Shown in pieces: positions 60,176 to 64,000 of a stretch of 64,000 nucleotides of DNA. The position numbers were made by a program, and so were the translations under genes. Below the pieces are notes generated by a model. It was not told the DNA's origin. It searched no databases and saw only the letters and a list, made by a program, of their open reading frames with translations. The number at the start of each line of letters is the position of its first letter. The stretch's first letter is position 1. This stretch comes from Camelus ferus (taxonomy: Eukaryota). The DNA is taken from the NCBI RefSeq assembly GCF_009834535.1, contig NC_045697.1, positions 70,372,001-70,436,000 of the forward strand. Direction: 5' to 3'.

Positions 60176-61783
60176 GATAAGAGATAAGCCAAGATGGCAG
60201 AATAGAAAAAACTTGAGCTCACCTCCTCTCATGAGCACACCAAAATCCCAACTATCTGCAGAATAAGTATCAAAGAAAAAGTCTGGAACCTACCAAAAAA
60301 GGTCTTCTACAACTAAAGACATAAAGAGAAGGGTAGGAGGGGCAGAGTCACGATACAGTCAAGTCCCATATCCCTAGGGCGGGTACCTCATAAACTGGAG
60401 AATAATTACATTGCAGAAGTTCTCCCACAGGAGTGAGAGGCCTGAGCCCCACCTTGGGCTCCCCAGCCGACTTGGGGTCCTGCACAGGGAAAATGAGCCC
60501 CAGAGCATTTGGTGCTGAAGGCCGGCGGGGCTGACTTTTGGGAGTCCTGGGCTTAGAAACAGAGACTTAACTCTTAAAAGTCACATACAACATCTCTCAC
60601 GCAGCGGGACTTAGAGGAAAAGCAGAAATTTGGTAGATGCCTGGGCCAGACCTACCTGCTGGTCTAGGAGAATCTCCCAGAGAAGCAGGGGGTGGGGGGC
60701 TGCAGCTCACACAGGGGGCACAGACACCTGCGGCAGCCATTTTTGGAACCCTGTTCTATCACAGATGCTGGCGGGCGGCCTAGTGGCCTCCTCCCTCTAG
60801 CTCATTAGCGCCTAGACCTGCCCCACCCAACAGCCTGTGGGTGCCAGCGCTGGGATGCCTCAGGCTGAGCGCTGGGACACAGCCCCACCCATCAACAGAC
60901 AGGCTGCCTCAAGCCCTCGGAGCACAGGCCGCCTCCGAACGCGGCCCCGCCTTCCAGAGCATCCGGGCGCAGCTCCGCCCACCCGCGGGCAGGCACCAGC
61001 CCCAGAATCCCCTGCGCCCGCCCCGCGCTCAGAAAGGCGGCTCCCGCCTCGGGACCTGCCTCGCTCACCGGGCAGGCGGCAGGCAGCTGACTCCATAAAG
61101 CCACAATCCTGCAGCCTGCAAACCCTGCTCTGGGACCACCTGGGCCCTGGTCCTGCCCACTAGCCAGCCAGCACAAGCTTCGGGACCCCCTGGACCCCCT
61201 ACTCAGCTGTGTCAGGAACCGGTCTTCCCCTACCGCTGACCTGCCACCAGCTCTGGGGCCGGCTCTGCCTGCGGGCACTAACCCCAGGACCTGGCTTCAC
61301 CCGCCAGTGGGCCGGCAACAGCCTGGGAGTCTCTGGGCCCTGACTCCGCCCACCAGTGAGTCAGCACTAGCCCCGGACCCCCTTGGCGTTCTGCTGTGAG
61401 CGGCTTCATGAACCCAGTCCCGCCAACCACCGGCCGGCAGCCTCCACACAAGGAGCGGCCTGGCAATCAGCCGGTCCGGGGCCAGCCAAGACTACCAAGC
61501 CTACCAGACTGCCCAGAGGGAAGAGGGCTGCTGGGATACATAGGATATCTCCTACAAAAGGCCACTTCTCCAAGGTCAGGAAACGTAACCAACCTACCAG
61601 ATACATAGAAGTAGAAACCGCAACTTAGGCAAAATGAGGGGACAGAGGAACATGTTCCAGTCTAAGGAACAAGGTAAAACCCCAGAAGAAGAATTAAGTG
61701 AAGTGGAGATAGGCCATCTACCGGAAGAAGTTCAGGGTAGCGATCGTAAAGATGATCAAAGAACTCCGGAGAAGAATGGATGC
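60176..61783 (+). mobile_element. L1 5'UTR plus start of ORF1 only (3'-truncated), flanked by a TSD
   Basis: Starts 'gccaagatggcagaatag...gagctcacctcctctcatgagcacaccaaaatc' (L1 5' end with YY1-type aagatggc motif). GC-rich internally repetitive UTR; ORF1 start at 61634. 17-bp TSD aaagaaagggtttc(t/c)ct at 60159-60175 and 61784-61800. Confidence 0.9.
61634..61783 (+). pseudogene. L1 ORF1p N-terminal fragment, frameshifted and truncated
   Basis: MRGQRNMFQSKEQGKTPEEELSEVEIGHLPE, then after a frameshift near 61730 FRVAIVKMIKELRRRMDA, as in mammalian L1 ORF1p N-termini. Confidence 0.85.
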
Positions 61784-63239
61784 AAAGAAAGGGTTTCCCT
61801 TGCCGTCCTATCACTGTCTTTCCCCATTGATGCCTGGGGCTACCACCTTGAACCAAACTGAAGGTATTTCACTGTCCTAGTGTCAGGCTGATTTCTAACA
61901 CTGCAAGAACTTGCGGTTGTGTATCCTGTGTTCTGTGCTAAAGTGAGGTAAGAATTCCTTTCCCACGGCTGCTGCTGCTCTGGTCTCTGTTCACATCTGC
62001 TGAGGTCAGGCTGTGCTGGGGCTGCTCCTCCGTGTTAGTCATTGGCACCTGGAGAGTAATGGTATATGACAGATGGCTGTGCTGTTACTCATGTAGACCA
62101 CATGGGATCATCTGTTCAAATGGGGAGAAGCCGCTCCTGCTCCCAGGGCAAAGGCCCTACAGCAGGGCTGCCCTGTGCTGTTAGAGGTTTTTATTTTGGA
62201 GATTTTATGTATTCTTTCAGCATCACTTGAAGTTCCTTCTCCCTAGGACTCAATCATGAGTTCATTGCTAGAGGGCAGCCTTAGACCCCAGTATTGTGTT
62301 CTGCTGCTAATAATTCCTTTTCCTTCTGAGATTATGGCACCCAGACTGGGTCAAGTTTGTGTTCCAGAGCAACTCTTCCTTTAGAATCAGATATTTTCCA
62401 ATTGTTCCTGTGTGCTTCATGCAAATCCTACTATGGAGGGTTTGCTGTTTCCTATAGACATGTGTCTGAATTTTAAAGTGCACAAAATTTAGGCTCGGAC
62501 TGCACCCACTGTGTATGTCTGGCTGAACAGGGCTAGCCAGAATTCTGCAGCACACAGATTGCATTTGTTCATTTCAAACACCCTACACAGGGCAGTGAAC
62601 AGGACCATCCTCAGGTATAATTGTGAATGCTGGGAAAAGCACCTTGATAGGCTCCACCTCTCCCTTGTATCCACTTATTTCCCCCTCTGGATGGTGCCAC
62701 ATAGTAATATAAATTGTTTGCTGGTGGTTCCACTTAGTGGAAAGGGAGATGCTCTTCTGTGTGTGGTTGACTTGGTGGAGGCTAGGTAGGACTGAAGTCA
62801 GTCCCAGGGACTTCTCGAGTTCAGGGTTTTAAAACGTGAGGAGATTTCAGTATGAGTGATGATCCCTGTTCCTTTTTCTCTCTGAAGACTCCTTGGGTCA
62901 TGGGAGAGAGTCAATCAGGAGCCACTCACACAGAGTCCCCGGGACACTTGTTTTCAGGAGCTCCAAGGTTGGAGGAGCAAGGGGTCATTGCCACCTGCTT
63001 CTTTGAGACCTGGAGTTCAACCCAGAGCTGCTCTGTCTTCTCCACCTCCAGCTACTGTCCTAAAAGCTGCCCTTTTCCCTCTTCCCTGGCCTGAACGCAG
63101 GTCAATCTTACCTCTTAACCTCAATCACTCTTGTTCCAAATGTATATTTTTTCAACTTATGTCTTTTAAATTTGAAACTAGTACCAACACAGTAACAAAA
63201 AACTTGAAAAACAGACAAAAGATAAAAAATACAAATATT

Positions 63240-63540
63240 CATCATTAAAAAAAAAACAACTCAACGTTTTATGTACATAATAATTCCTTTCTGTTTTTTC
63301 CTAAGCATAGTTTTTTTTAAATGTAAACAAATATCAAATAGTTTTAATCACTTGGAAGTACACTTTTTAATCTTGCTTGTTTTACTTATTCTTGTATATG
63401 CCTTTTATTTATCTTGGCATGATCTTCATAACGAATTGGTATGTTTTTAACGTAAATTAGGTTGGTATTTAATTACATTTGCACTCCATGATCCAGAATG
63501 CTTCCATCTTTGATTTTAACTTCTGGTAATAAAGCGTCTA
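63240..63540 (-). mobile_element. Ancient L1 3' fragment (tentative)
   Basis: AT-rich 'cactttttaatcttgcttgttttactta', similar to antisense L1ME 3'UTR. Confidence 0.4.
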
Positions 63541-64000
63541 ACAATGGAATCTGTTTTTAGAAAAATCCTCTTTAATAATAGATGTAATGCTGCAGTCAGT
63601 TTGGAGCTTAGAGCTCCCCTGATAACTGAATCGGGTCATAAGACTGAACAATTTTGTTGTTTGAGATAGCCCCAAACACCTATCCAACAAGAAGTTCAGT
63701 TGGATAGTTATATGAGACAATGTAAGGGAAAGGGAGAGGAACCATGTTGTATTTCATTTAAGATAAATGGCCTTAATGATTTATAAACTAAGTGAAAGAG
63801 AATCTACTGCTTCTCATGCCAGCTCAGGGGATATTCTGAGATGTCTTTTCATCTCTTACTCTGTTTGTTTATGTCTCTCCCCCCAAATCTCAAAAATTTT
63901 AGATAATTTCACTTTCATCGATCATCTGGGTAGAAAAGATAACATCTTAACAATTTCAGCATGCAGAAATTAGAGAATTAAGCCACTTTCTGGATATTTC

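Noticed and set aside
60837..61628. Several overlapping P/R/A/G-rich ORFs
   Set aside because: Expected in a GC-rich L1 5'UTR with few stops; no protein similarity recognised.
1..64000. CRISPR array, operon, prokaryotic defence system or intact retroviral genes
   Set aside because: The sequence is eukaryotic repeat-rich DNA with no repeat-spacer periodicity, no long ORFs and no gag/pol/env motifs seen.

Overview
Mammalian non-coding genomic DNA (intergenic or deep intronic), most likely from a camelid, because three copies of a short tRNA-derived SINE resemble the camelid Vic-1 family. I recognise no protein-coding gene, tRNA, rRNA or snRNA gene, or CRISPR array. The ORF track consists of chance ORFs and decayed L1 ORF1/ORF2 fragments. 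Much of the window is interspersed repeat: MIR, L2, L3/CR1, several ages of L1, MaLR (MLT1) and ERVL/ERV1 solo LTRs, and hAT-Charlie MITEs (MER3/MER5), often nested. Family names were assigned by eye from remembered consensus motifs, not by RepeatMasker. Subfamily labels are therefore tentative and boundaries are approximate unless a target-site duplication (TSD) fixes them. The best-supported unusual observations are three non-canonical retrotransposition products, each bracketed by a readable TSD: (1) a 1.6 kb L1 copy consisting only of the CpG-rich 5'UTR plus about 50 codons of ORF1, with no ORF2, 3'UTR or poly(A) (60176-61783); (2) an L1 3' end apparently carrying a 3' transduction of about 110 bp (4970-5784); (3) a tailless, 3'-truncated SINE with a perfect 19-bp TSD (321-428). 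There are weaker hints of a CpG-enriched regulatory patch with splice-competent exon-like segments at 12.4-15.9 kb. I find no convincing evidence of a new multi-gene biological system.
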